The position numbers were made by a program, and so were the translations under genes. From the NCBI GenBank assembly GCA_964610335.1, contig CAZSVP010000001.1, positions 351,442-415,441 of the forward strand: a stretch of DNA of 64,000 nt, given 5' to 3'. The stretch's first letter is position 1; each line of letters opens with the position of its first letter. The notes beneath the pieces were generated by a model. That model did not search any database and was not told the origin of the DNA. It worked only from the letters and a program-made list of their open reading frames with translations. This document shows, piece by piece, positions 37,811-48,504 of this stretch. Source of the stretch: an uncultured Candidatus Saccharibacteria bacterium. Its GTDB lineage: Bacteria > Patescibacteriota > Saccharimonadia > CAILAD01 > BJGX01.

Positions 37811-40132
37811 TTGATAAACTTCCAGGATATTGTAACTTCTGTTTCGACCGGCAAACTTTCGCCAGGTAGAATTGGCTACTATGTAAAACGTCTCGCGGCC
37901 GAGACTGCTACCCGCAGGATAGCCAGCATTTTTATTATCGGTCTTCTGGTATTCCAGATTTTTACATTCTTGGCCCCACCAAAGCCAAGCTTTGCGGCTA
38001 GTCCTGGGTTTGACTTAATATCTGGTGCGCCATTTAGTAAAGATTCTCTTATAAGTGCTGTTTGGGATCAGAACCGTGATGGTATTCAACAGGTCTTCAA
38101 CAGGCTAGGTATTTCAAGGCAGAAGATGGAAGCTGCTGGTGTTGGTCCTTGTGCAGCAGAGGGTGACAATTGGATATCGATGGGGCGCAGCCAAGATGGT
38201 GCTGGTAGCTCAGTCCAGTGGCAAGAGGGTATCTGGGTTGGATCATCTATAAACAGATGGGGTAATGCTTATACAAACGATGGTAACTGTATCCAGGCGC
38301 TGCGTGGGCTAGGAGACAAAGTTTATGTATCCGATGGCGGACCTGGTATACCAGCTGGTTGGTATGAATGGGGCGTATTGCTCGATTGCGGTAATATTGT
38401 GCTTAAACCTACTGAGCCACCTCCTAATCCCAAGAGCTTTAGTTGCCAGTCTGTAAACATATCTGCAACAAGTGTAGTAGTAGGACAACCAGTTGTGGTG
38501 GCAGGTTATGCTCATGGTGAGAACGTCTCACAAGGTGAGAGAGTAGACATGGTATACGGATCATATAGTGGAGGTAATCTGCTCGCTACTCAGTCTTCGG
38601 CTGGCGTAGGCCCCCCAGACGGTAACAACAACTTTATAGATGATAGCGGTAAGTCATTTACTTTTAACGATCCAGGAACTTACGAAATAGCGTTAGTGGT
38701 ATTCTACGATGTCGACGGTACAAAATACTTCGCATCAGGTAGTGGAAATGGCGAATGTAAAAGAACTATTACTGTTACACCTCAGCCTAAGCCGCATACA
38801 CTAGTTTGTGGAGGCTTAGATATGGTAAATAGTGGCGGTAACTTCACTTATCAAGCACCGCATACACCGCTCATCAAAGGTACTGCATTGCAAGAAGGTG
38901 ATTCTGGTCCAGAAGTGTATGCCAAACGATTTCTATACCTGTTGCTCAAGGAAGTGCCAAGTGGAGGGTCTGTGCAACATGGTGGGAAGCAGTACATAGA
39001 GATCAATGCCAACAATCGCATACTGCACTCATATCCAACACAGAATACTCGTGTAGATCCGCTTGCTAGTGCACCCAACCCAGCGGCCTTTGCCGCAACC
39101 CAGTTTGCCCAGAATAGCGCTGGAAGTTTCTTGATCCTGCTGCGAGTATCTTCTGAAAACTCTGGCGACAACAACTTCGCTCCAGACACAAACAGTTGTG
39201 CCGTGCCGTTTGTAGTAACCCCTCAACCCAAGGACATCATGTGTGTTGACTTGACTGCTAGCCCACTCACTGGCGACACAGTACCAGTAGAGGTAACATT
39301 CAATGCCAAAGGTGGTGCACAAAACACTACGATCAAGGAATACCAATTTGACTTCGGTGATGGTAACAAACAAACAGTAACAAGTGGCAAGTTTGCTGAA
39401 ACGCTCAAACACACTTATCAAAGTGGTGGCAAATATACTGCTAAGGTTACAGTTGTGGGCACCGACCCGGGTGTGACATCGAGCAAGCCAAGCTGTACTG
39501 TGCAACTTAAGTTTGAACAACACGTGTTCCGCAAGACAGTCAAGAATCTAACAATTCTTACACAAGATGGTAAACCAACCGATGCCAATGGCGCGACTGC
39601 ACGGCCAGGAGATAAGCTAACCTACACTATAGGCATTGCCAACATAGGAAGTGCTCCTATAAAAGACTATGTGTTTAAGGACGACATATCTGATATATCA
39701 CTTTATGCTGATGTAATAGACAAAGGTGGTGCTGAGCTCTCGGTAGAAGCAACTCACGTGTTACTAACCTGGCCAGCGGTGGATATCCCAGTTACGACCG
39801 ATCCGAACAATCCTACTTATGTTACCAAAAGCTTTACTGTACAGGTAAAAGATCCAGTTCCAACCAATGCACAGAAGCCTACTGACAATAAGAACTATGA
39901 TTGTCAGATGGAAGACCAGTTTGAAGGTAATATAGTGATCACACCAATTAGTGTAAACCCAGCTAAGCGGCTAGAGTGTGTTGTGGCTCCTCTGCCACAG
40001 ACTGGTGCTGCCACTAGCCTAATAGTGATGGGATTGCTTGCTGCCCTATCAGTATTCTTACTACTACGCAATCGACTTATGAAACGCGAACTTGATCTAT
40101 TGGAAACACTAAATGAAGGAGCTAAAAGCTAA
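37811..40132 (+). CDS. LPxTG-anchored cell-surface protein with PKD-like and DUF11-like repeat domains
   Basis: N-terminal signal/TM helix. PKD-like motif YQFDFGDGNKQ...HTYQSGGKYTAKVTV. DUF11-like motif GDKLTYTIGIANIGSAPIKDY. C-terminal LPQTG, a hydrophobic helix and an RNRLMKR tail (sortase sorting signal). TTG start inferred. Confidence 0.8.
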   Translation: MINFQDIVTSVSTGKLSPGRIGYYVKRLAAETATRRIASIFIIGLLVFQIFTFLAPPKPSFAASPGFDLISGAPFSKDSLISAVWDQNRDGIQQVFNRLGISRQKMEAAGVGPCAAEGDNWISMGRSQDGAGSSVQWQEGIWVGSSINRWGNAYTNDGNCIQALRGLGDKVYVSDGGPGIPAGWYEWGVLLDCGNIVLKPTEPPPNPKSFSCQSVNISATSVVVGQPVVVAGYAHGENVSQGERVDMVYGSYSGGNLLATQSSAGVGPPDGNNNFIDDSGKSFTFNDPGTYEIALVVFYDVDGTKYFASGSGNGECKRTITVTPQPKPHTLVCGGLDMVNSGGNFTYQAPHTPLIKGTALQEGDSGPEVYAKRFLYLLLKEVPSGGSVQHGGKQYIEINANNRILHSYPTQNTRVDPLASAPNPAAFAATQFAQNSAGSFLILLRVSSENSGDNNFAPDTNSCAVPFVVTPQPKDIMCVDLTASPLTGDTVPVEVTFNAKGGAQNTTIKEYQFDFGDGNKQTVTSGKFAETLKHTYQSGGKYTAKVTVVGTDPGVTSSKPSCTVQLKFEQHVFRKTVKNLTILTQDGKPTDANGATARPGDKLTYTIGIANIGSAPIKDYVFKDDISDISLYADVIDKGGAELSVEATHVLLTWPAVDIPVTTDPNNPTYVTKSFTVQVKDPVPTNAQKPTDNKNYDCQMEDQFEGNIVITPISVNPAKRLECVVAPLPQTGAATSLIVMGLLAALSVFLLLRNRLMKRELDLLETLNEGAKS

Positions 40133-40758
40133 TGGCGGACAACGAAGAAAAACTGATTGATTCAGAGGAATCAGAAGCGAAAGTAGCCAAGCGTAGTTCC
40201 GAATCTCTTGAGCGCAATAAATCTGCCGAGAAGTCAAAGTCAGAGATGAAGCGCGACGAGGCCGACCTAGCTCGTAAAGGTGAGGCTGCTGAGCGTAAGA
40301 TAAAAGCAGAGTTGGAGAAAAAAGAGGCTGACCTAGCTCGCAAACAGGAGAAGTCCAAAGAAGCTGAAGAAAAGAAAGCAGAGAAGGAAAAAGAGCTTTC
40401 TGAGAAGAAGGAACCCAAGGGACCACTAACCAAGACAGAGAAAAAGCGAGTTTACAAGAAGGAATTGAGCAAGATTCAATCTCAACTACCTGCCGGGAGC
40501 CGGGCTTTCTCCAAGGTAGTACACAATCCAGTAGTTGAAACTGTTAGCAACGCTGCTGAGAAAACTGTATTGCGTCCATCCGTGCTAATAGGTGGCGCAG
40601 TAGTAGGTATAGGTCTAGGTATAGTAATCTACGTAGCAGCACGTGTTTATGGCTATATCATCCCCAACTGGATGCTGTTAGCACTACTTGTTATAGGTGG
40701 TGTGCTGGGTGTATTGATTGAAATGGTTCTCAAGCTTGCCGGCCGATCTAAATCGTAG
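40132..40758 (+). CDS. Lys/Glu-rich coiled-coil protein with a C-terminal membrane hairpin
   Basis: About 120 aa of KE-rich predicted coiled coil, then two TM helices (GGAVVGIGLGIVIYVAA ... LLALLVIGGVLGVLIEMVLKLAG). The second helix contains a buried Glu. Confidence 0.6.
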   Translation: MADNEEKLIDSEESEAKVAKRSSESLERNKSAEKSKSEMKRDEADLARKGEAAERKIKAELEKKEADLARKQEKSKEAEEKKAEKEKELSEKKEPKGPLTKTEKKRVYKKELSKIQSQLPAGSRAFSKVVHNPVVETVSNAAEKTVLRPSVLIGGAVVGIGLGIVIYVAARVYGYIIPNWMLLALLVIGGVLGVLIEMVLKLAGRSKS

Positions 40759-40814
40759 TGATTGAGTGCTGACATACCTAGCCAATTGAGCATAAAACGT
40801 GTAGCATAAGTAGT

Positions 40815-41669
40815 ATGCGTGACGCGATACGGGGTTCACTAAAAAAGGTGTTCCGAGGTTTTCATAGTTGGACGGCAGCTATTGTGGCTACCTTGTGTTT
40901 TGGGTTGCTTAGCTTACCCGCTCTGGCAGCCTATGTATCTCAAGGCTATACTACAAAAAGTTCAATACCGGCTGGCTCAATCGTGGCTGTGACAAGAGAT
41001 GATCAAACAGTGGTTGAACTAGCATCACTAGGTAGTGAGAACCCAATTGTGGGTGTGGTAAGTACCGTCAACCAAGGAGTTGTGTCGGTCAATCCAAGCA
41101 GTAGCAATACCCAGGTAATTAGCTCGGGTACTGCCAAAATACTCGCTAGCGACATCAATGGCAAAATCAATCCTGGCGATAGTCTGACGCTGTCACCCAT
41201 TGACGGGGTTGCGATGAAGGCTACCGCCAGCGGCAGCTTGGTAGGGGTGGCTCGCGACAGCAGTGATCAGCTTGAGAATCGAGTGTCACGCCAAATGACC
41301 GACAACACTGGTAAGATTCAGAGTTACAGTATTGGTCTACTCAATAGCGATGTGCAATTGGGCCAGTTTCAGCCGACAGCGAGCCAGAGCGGTTCCAATG
41401 TAGTGACGGGCTTGCAGGCTCTCAGCTCGAATCTTGCTGGCAAGAAACTTACGCCAGTACGAGCTGCTGCTGCGTTTGCCTTGGTGATAATCGCTACAGT
41501 GGCGGCTATGGTAGTGTTGTTCTCGGCAGTTACCTCAAGCATACGCTCAATTGGACGTAACCCACTTGCCAAGCACGCTGTACTGCGTAGTCTGGGCCAA
41601 GTAATACTGGCAGTAGTAATAATAATATTTGCGGCATTCGCCGGCGTGTACATAATAATAGGTGTGTGA
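40815..41669 (+). CDS. membrane protein with an N-terminal signal-anchor, a Ser/Thr/Val-rich ectodomain and a C-terminal hairpin bearing an RNP loop
   Basis: The C-terminal roughly 75 aa (AFALVIIATVAAMVVLFSAV..SIGRNPLAKH..LGQVILAVVIIIFAAFAGVYIIIGV) resemble an ATP-synthase c-subunit hairpin (R-N/Q-P polar loop) but lack a TM2 carboxylate. 4-nt overlap with the alpha-like gene. Confidence 0.55.
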   Translation: MRDAIRGSLKKVFRGFHSWTAAIVATLCFGLLSLPALAAYVSQGYTTKSSIPAGSIVAVTRDDQTVVELASLGSENPIVGVVSTVNQGVVSVNPSSSNTQVISSGTAKILASDINGKINPGDSLTLSPIDGVAMKATASGSLVGVARDSSDQLENRVSRQMTDNTGKIQSYSIGLLNSDVQLGQFQPTASQSGSNVVTGLQALSSNLAGKKLTPVRAAAAFALVIIATVAAMVVLFSAVTSSIRSIGRNPLAKHAVLRSLGQVILAVVIIIFAAFAGVYIIIGV

Positions 41670-43057
41670 TGGAACAGCAAGAATCAGCTAAAATCAAAGG
41701 TATTAATGGATACGCACTCGATGTAGAGCCGATTGATGGTATTCACTTACACGCTACTGTTAGCACTAACTCCGAGCAGCCCGGGCTGGTATATAACGCT
41801 AGTGAAAAAAACATGCGAGTGTTGTCGCTGGAAAGCAGTGAGGTAATAGCTGCTGATAGTTTGCAGCCGCAATTTAGAAGTTTGCAAGTAGCAGTAGAAG
41901 AGAACACTCTCGGCAAGACCCACGCTGTTGGTGAACTATTGCAAAAACAAACCGTCAGTAAATCAGATAAAGTGCATTTACGCCCGGTATTCGGCGACGC
42001 ATTGCCTCTCAACAATCGGGCAGTTGTCAACGAGCAGTTGGAAACTGGTGTTGTGGTAGTGGATTCCCTATTCCCTATCGTAAAAGGTCAGCGTATAGCG
42101 GTGATTGGTGATGCCAAAGCTGGTAAGTCATCTTTTTTGACACAGACTGCGATACACCACCTTACTACTACTAAATCAATAGCTGTATTTGTGGAGATTG
42201 CTAAGCGTAAGCAGGATGTCGAAAGGCTAGCCTTTCGACTCTACCAGGCAGGCGTGATTGATAGAGCAGTAATAGTAGTGGCTGATGCACTCGACAACAT
42301 TGTATTGCAGTACTTGGCACCATTTGTTGGCTGTGCGGTGGCCGAACATTTTTGGGACCAGGGACAAGATGTGCTGTTGGTATATGATGATCTCGCCACG
42401 CATGCCAAAGTATATCGTGAGATGTCATTGCAGCTAGGTCAGCAGCCCGGTCGCGAAAGCTATCCAGCAGACCTGTTTTATATTCACGCTAGTTTACTGG
42501 AGCGTGCCGGTAGGCGAGCCGATACCGGCAAGAGCTTGACTGCTTTCGCAGTGGGGACTACCCCCAACGATGACCTGACCGGGTATTTCCCTACCAATAT
42601 GATATCTACTTCGGATGGGCAGCTTGTATTTGACCTCAAGACTATGCGTTCTGGGATTCGTCCGGCGCTAAATATCGGTTTGTCAGTAAGCCGTGTGGGT
42701 GGAAGAGCTCAAAGCGCCTACTATCAAAATATGTCAGAGCAAATACTACAGTCATTATCCAACTACTCGGCTGTTGAAACTTACGCACGGTTTAATACTA
42801 AGCTGTCTGTAACATCACAGAAGAACTTGGCTATTGGCAAGAAACTGTTTGAATTGTTTTTGCAAGATCAAGCTAGTAGTTTTACATTGGCAATGCAGCG
42901 GGTGATGCTAGAAACAGTTTTCATGAGTGAGCAACCAGAAAAACTCAATATCGCTTGGCTCAAAGACGTGATTGCTGATGTGGTAAAGCCCGAGACAATA
43001 GAGAAAGATTTTCGAGCGCTGGCCAAAGACTTACTTAAGAGTAATCCGGTGGTATAG
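41666..43057 (+). CDS. F1-ATPase alpha-subunit-like protein (divergent)
   Basis: GQRIAVIGDAKAGKSS (the alpha-type non-catalytic P-loop). The block LQYLAPFVGCAVAEHFWDQGQDVLLVYDDLATHAKVYREMSLQLGQQPGRESYPADLFYIHASLLERAGR and IRPALNIGLSVSRVGGRAQ align with canonical AtpA. Confidence 0.8.
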   Translation: MMEQQESAKIKGINGYALDVEPIDGIHLHATVSTNSEQPGLVYNASEKNMRVLSLESSEVIAADSLQPQFRSLQVAVEENTLGKTHAVGELLQKQTVSKSDKVHLRPVFGDALPLNNRAVVNEQLETGVVVVDSLFPIVKGQRIAVIGDAKAGKSSFLTQTAIHHLTTTKSIAVFVEIAKRKQDVERLAFRLYQAGVIDRAVIVVADALDNIVLQYLAPFVGCAVAEHFWDQGQDVLLVYDDLATHAKVYREMSLQLGQQPGRESYPADLFYIHASLLERAGRRADTGKSLTAFAVGTTPNDDLTGYFPTNMISTSDGQLVFDLKTMRSGIRPALNIGLSVSRVGGRAQSAYYQNMSEQILQSLSNYSAVETYARFNTKLSVTSQKNLAIGKKLFELFLQDQASSFTLAMQRVMLETVFMSEQPEKLNIAWLKDVIADVVKPETIEKDFRALAKDLLKSNPVV

Positions 43058-43059
43058 CT

Positions 43060-45215
<2,156 letters not shown>

Positions 45216-45216
45216 T

Positions 45217-45468
45217 ATGGAAGAAGAACGATTCTTGGTAAAAGTATTCTCGCCTTTTGAAGTGTATTATGAGGGCGAAGCATTTAGCTTGTCGGCCACC
45301 AACTCACAGGGGCCATTTGATGTATTGCCTGAGCATGCCAACTTCATAAGTCTGGTTAGCCGTGGCAATGTTACTATTGATACTCCATTTGGGAAGCGAC
45401 AATTTGCTCTAGAGCGCGGCATACTGCGTATCCGTAGCGGTCAAGCGACACTTTTTGCCAACGTATAA
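45217..45468 (+). CDS. F1-ATPase epsilon-subunit-like protein (N-terminal beta-sandwich only)
   Basis: 83 aa. FLVKVFSPFEVYYEGEAFSLSATNSQGPFDVLPEHANFISLV matches the epsilon N-domain pattern. No C-terminal helical hairpin. Confidence 0.5.
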   Translation: MEEERFLVKVFSPFEVYYEGEAFSLSATNSQGPFDVLPEHANFISLVSRGNVTIDTPFGKRQFALERGILRIRSGQATLFANV

Positions 45469-45480
45469 GATGTATCTCGG

Positions 45481-45509
45481 TTGCATTGACTAACCATAAG
45501 CGTTACAAT
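45481..45509 (+). promoter_or_regulatory. sigma70-like promoter upstream of the first fibre-protein gene
   Basis: TTGCAT, a 17-nt spacer and TACAAT. RBS GAGGGAAAAGGG, then GTG at 45543. Confidence 0.45.
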
Positions 45510-45542
45510 TGTTGTAAGAAAACACACAAGTGAGGGAAAAGG

Positions 45543-47882
45543 GTGGACGGACAAACAAACACGCAAAATGTTTCTGTTGAACAGGCTACGTTTTCTGGTC
45601 AGTTGCAAAACCAATCTAGTGGGGCAACGGCTTCAGTTGATAATACTGAGATAGCCAGACTACATCGCCGTAATCGTTTTTTTCAAGCGCTTTGGATAGC
45701 GGCGGGTATTTTATTACTTCTGCTATTTGCGACGGCGTCAATATTGATATGGCGAAATCGCTCGCAAGTATCCCAGCTGACCAATGCATCGGAGCGCTAT
45801 AAGCCTGTAAATCTCAATCTTTCTGGCCAGCCATTGCAAACTGGTTTGCAAGGTGTACTGGCGGTCAATGGCGATATTACGGCTACTGGTACTGTTAGCG
45901 CTGCTAACTTGCAGGGTAGTGGTAGCGGTATTACTGACTTGCAGGCCAACAACATCGTCGGTGTACTTCAACCAGGTCAGCTTGATCCATTTATAGCCTA
46001 CACCAACAAGAACTTCCAGGCCTTCACAGGTACCAATCAAGTATTTCGTAACAGTTCCAACTCAGTATCGGCATTTTCTGTCCAAAACGCATCGGCCGCA
46101 CCAGTTTTGAGCGTGAGTACGGCCAGTAACTTTGTAGGAGTTAATACAAGTGTGCCATCTGTTACAGGCCTAAGCCTGGAGGTGAATGGTACTGCCAAAG
46201 TTGATAACTATCTATTGGTGGGGGCACAGTCAACACCAAACACATCAATTCTTGATACTGGTCCACTATTCTCAAACGATGATATACAAAGAATCCTAGC
46301 CGTTCAACAAATATCATCAAACAATCCAAATGCAAACAGCATATTTGTGGGTACTGCCAATGAGCTACTAGCCAACCCCCAATACGATCCCGTTATTCTG
46401 GGCTCTTTTCTTGGGTTTACTACCGTAGCTGGTGGTAACAAAAATATATATGCAGGCAGCTATTCTGCTTTGCAAACAGATAAGACAAATTCCAAGGATT
46501 TCTATCTAAATGGTGGTGTTATGAACTCAGTTACTCATTCAGGTAGCGGAACCGTATTTATGCAAGCTGCTCAACTCAATACTGTTGCCAATCTCGGTGC
46601 GGGGGAAATCGCTTATGCTTTTGGTAGTGCGACTATCCCAGTTACTTACAATGGCCCAGGTACTCCTGTAAACTATATGCAATTCTACTCAGGCAATACT
46701 ATTGTTGATCCTCAAGATCCCTCACTTGGTTTTCTAGGTTTTCCCACCATATACCAAGCTGGCTCAATTGGTCGACAAGTAGGTATAGATATCCAATATC
46801 AACAAAGCGGTACAATAGGAAGCGCCAATCTAGTATCTGAAGGATATTTGAGTAAGAATTACTTTGAAGGGAATGTGTCTATTGGCTCTTGTGCAGCCAA
46901 TCTTACACCGAGTTCAATTCTTGGGACTACTGCTTGTATAACTGGTCTCGATCCAATTCCAGGGGGTAATAAGTTGTCAGTGAACACTTCGGCGCCTTCG
47001 ACTGCCTCAGCTCACATTAATACTGCTGTAGCATCAGATAAGGCGTTGGTGGTCAAAGGAGTTACCAGCCAAACAGGTAATCTTACTGAGTGGCAAAACT
47101 CATCTGGGACAGCACTTAGTAGAGTAACTGCCGACGGGTCATTTAATATTGGCTCAGGCGCGCCGACTAATCGGCTTAGTGTTGTTGATACTTCCGACGA
47201 TACAGTAGCTAACTTCACAGGTTTTACCCAAACCTGTACCGTAGATACATCAGGCGCTGGTGGCTGGTCTTGTTCTTCAGACGAGCGTCTCAAAGAGAAT
47301 ATCGTGAAATTGGATGGTGGCCTCGATACGATTATGCAACTGCGAGGGGTCACATATAACTTCAAGAGCAATCCAGACGGAGACGCAATTGCTGGATTTG
47401 TTGCTCAGGAGGTTGAGAAAATACTGCCTGGGTTAGTTGCTACCGGAGCTGATGGTTATAAATCTCTCAATAAGGACGGTCTAATCCCCTACCTTGTCAG
47501 TGCTATCCAGGATCAACAAAAACAAATTGATACTCTTAAGAATCCGGCCGGAGGAGTAAGTGTGGATGTGCTCAAGACTCTCGCCGACAGCAAAGCCGTG
47601 GAATTTGGTGGTGACTTGACTGTGAATGGTAGCGTGATTATTAAGGGTACATTGGCTGGCAATGTCAATACTCGTGGTACGGTAGTGATTCCGGCTGGCC
47701 AGACATCTGGTGGCTATAGTTTTACTACTGCGTACTCGAAGACTCCAAATATAGTAGTAAGCCCAAGCTCTGATACCGGTGGTCGGTATTGGCTTAAGAG
47801 TAAATCTGCTAGTGGATTTACAGTAGAGCTCGAAGCCGCTCAAGCTACAGATGTAAAATTCGATTGGCAAGCCCAAGAATAG
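45543..47882 (+). CDS. membrane-anchored tail-fibre-like surface protein with a C-terminal intramolecular-chaperone (peptidase S74-like) domain, paralog 1
   Basis: N-terminal signal-anchor (FFQALWIAAGILLLLLFATASILIW). Long Gly/Asn/Thr/Ser-rich repeats. C-terminal SCSSDERLKENIVKLDGGLDTIMQLRGVTYNFK...GFVAQEVEKILPGLV, matching the self-cleaving chaperone domain of phage tail fibres/tailspikes. Confidence 0.8.
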   Translation: MDGQTNTQNVSVEQATFSGQLQNQSSGATASVDNTEIARLHRRNRFFQALWIAAGILLLLLFATASILIWRNRSQVSQLTNASERYKPVNLNLSGQPLQTGLQGVLAVNGDITATGTVSAANLQGSGSGITDLQANNIVGVLQPGQLDPFIAYTNKNFQAFTGTNQVFRNSSNSVSAFSVQNASAAPVLSVSTASNFVGVNTSVPSVTGLSLEVNGTAKVDNYLLVGAQSTPNTSILDTGPLFSNDDIQRILAVQQISSNNPNANSIFVGTANELLANPQYDPVILGSFLGFTTVAGGNKNIYAGSYSALQTDKTNSKDFYLNGGVMNSVTHSGSGTVFMQAAQLNTVANLGAGEIAYAFGSATIPVTYNGPGTPVNYMQFYSGNTIVDPQDPSLGFLGFPTIYQAGSIGRQVGIDIQYQQSGTIGSANLVSEGYLSKNYFEGNVSIGSCAANLTPSSILGTTACITGLDPIPGGNKLSVNTSAPSTASAHINTAVASDKALVVKGVTSQTGNLTEWQNSSGTALSRVTADGSFNIGSGAPTNRLSVVDTSDDTVANFTGFTQTCTVDTSGAGGWSCSSDERLKENIVKLDGGLDTIMQLRGVTYNFKSNPDGDAIAGFVAQEVEKILPGLVATGADGYKSLNKDGLIPYLVSAIQDQQKQIDTLKNPAGGVSVDVLKTLADSKAVEFGGDLTVNGSVIIKGTLAGNVNTRGTVVIPAGQTSGGYSFTTAYSKTPNIVVSPSSDTGGRYWLKSKSASGFTVELEAAQATDVKFDWQAQE

Positions 47883-47904
47883 TTGTTTTAGTCTTCCAAA
47901 GCCC

Positions 47905-48504
47905 TTATACTACTAACATAACAGCTTTGGAAGAGCGTGGAACAACAGAGTAATACAACACAACAACCCCAATACGAGGAAGTAGATAAGAAGTCACATT
48001 GGCTCATCTGGCTATTAGTCGGTTTAGCAGCCCTCTTTCTTGTAATCATAATTATCTTACGTGGTCTCTGTACTGATGTATGGTATATCCGGATGCTTGG
48101 TCTCAATGATCGCTGGTGCCCATCACCTGCTAGTAGTTTGGTCGGTAAGACAGATCTTGCTGATGGTAGTGTGACTGGTAAGAAGGTAGCCTCTGAGACT
48201 ATTACTGTCAGCAACCTTTCTCAACCCATCCAGCAGTTCATTACCAACACCGAGCAAACACTTCAGCAAATAACTCAACAAATCTCTCAGGTATCCAATG
48301 TCCCTGGCCCTGCTGGCCCAGTCGGTGCCACTGGTTTGCAAGGTGCTACCGGTCCAACTGGAGCTACCGGTGCAACTGGTGCCACTGGCCCTCCCGGACC
48401 AGCTGAGCCGATTACTTCCAATGTTCTCAACTCAGCTGGCAACTCTCTAGACTCTACTGTCAATGGAGTGGGCTCTAATGTAGTGAGTATTATTAATTCG
48501 AATA
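47905..48504 (+). repeat. direct repeat copy A (about 600 bp, near-identical to 51289-51888): leader plus the 5' 190 codons of a fibre paralog
   Basis: Direct reading shows matching sequence from atactactaacataacagctttggaagagcgtggaacaac... through ...gtgagtattattaattcgaata at an offset of 3384 bp. Confidence 0.85.

Noticed and set aside
48304-48402. Gly-X-Y tracts as evidence of eukaryotic or contaminant collagen
   Set aside because: Short bacterial collagen-like (Scl-type) triple-helix segments are common stalks in prokaryotic and phage fibre proteins. The surrounding sequence is typical of this genome.
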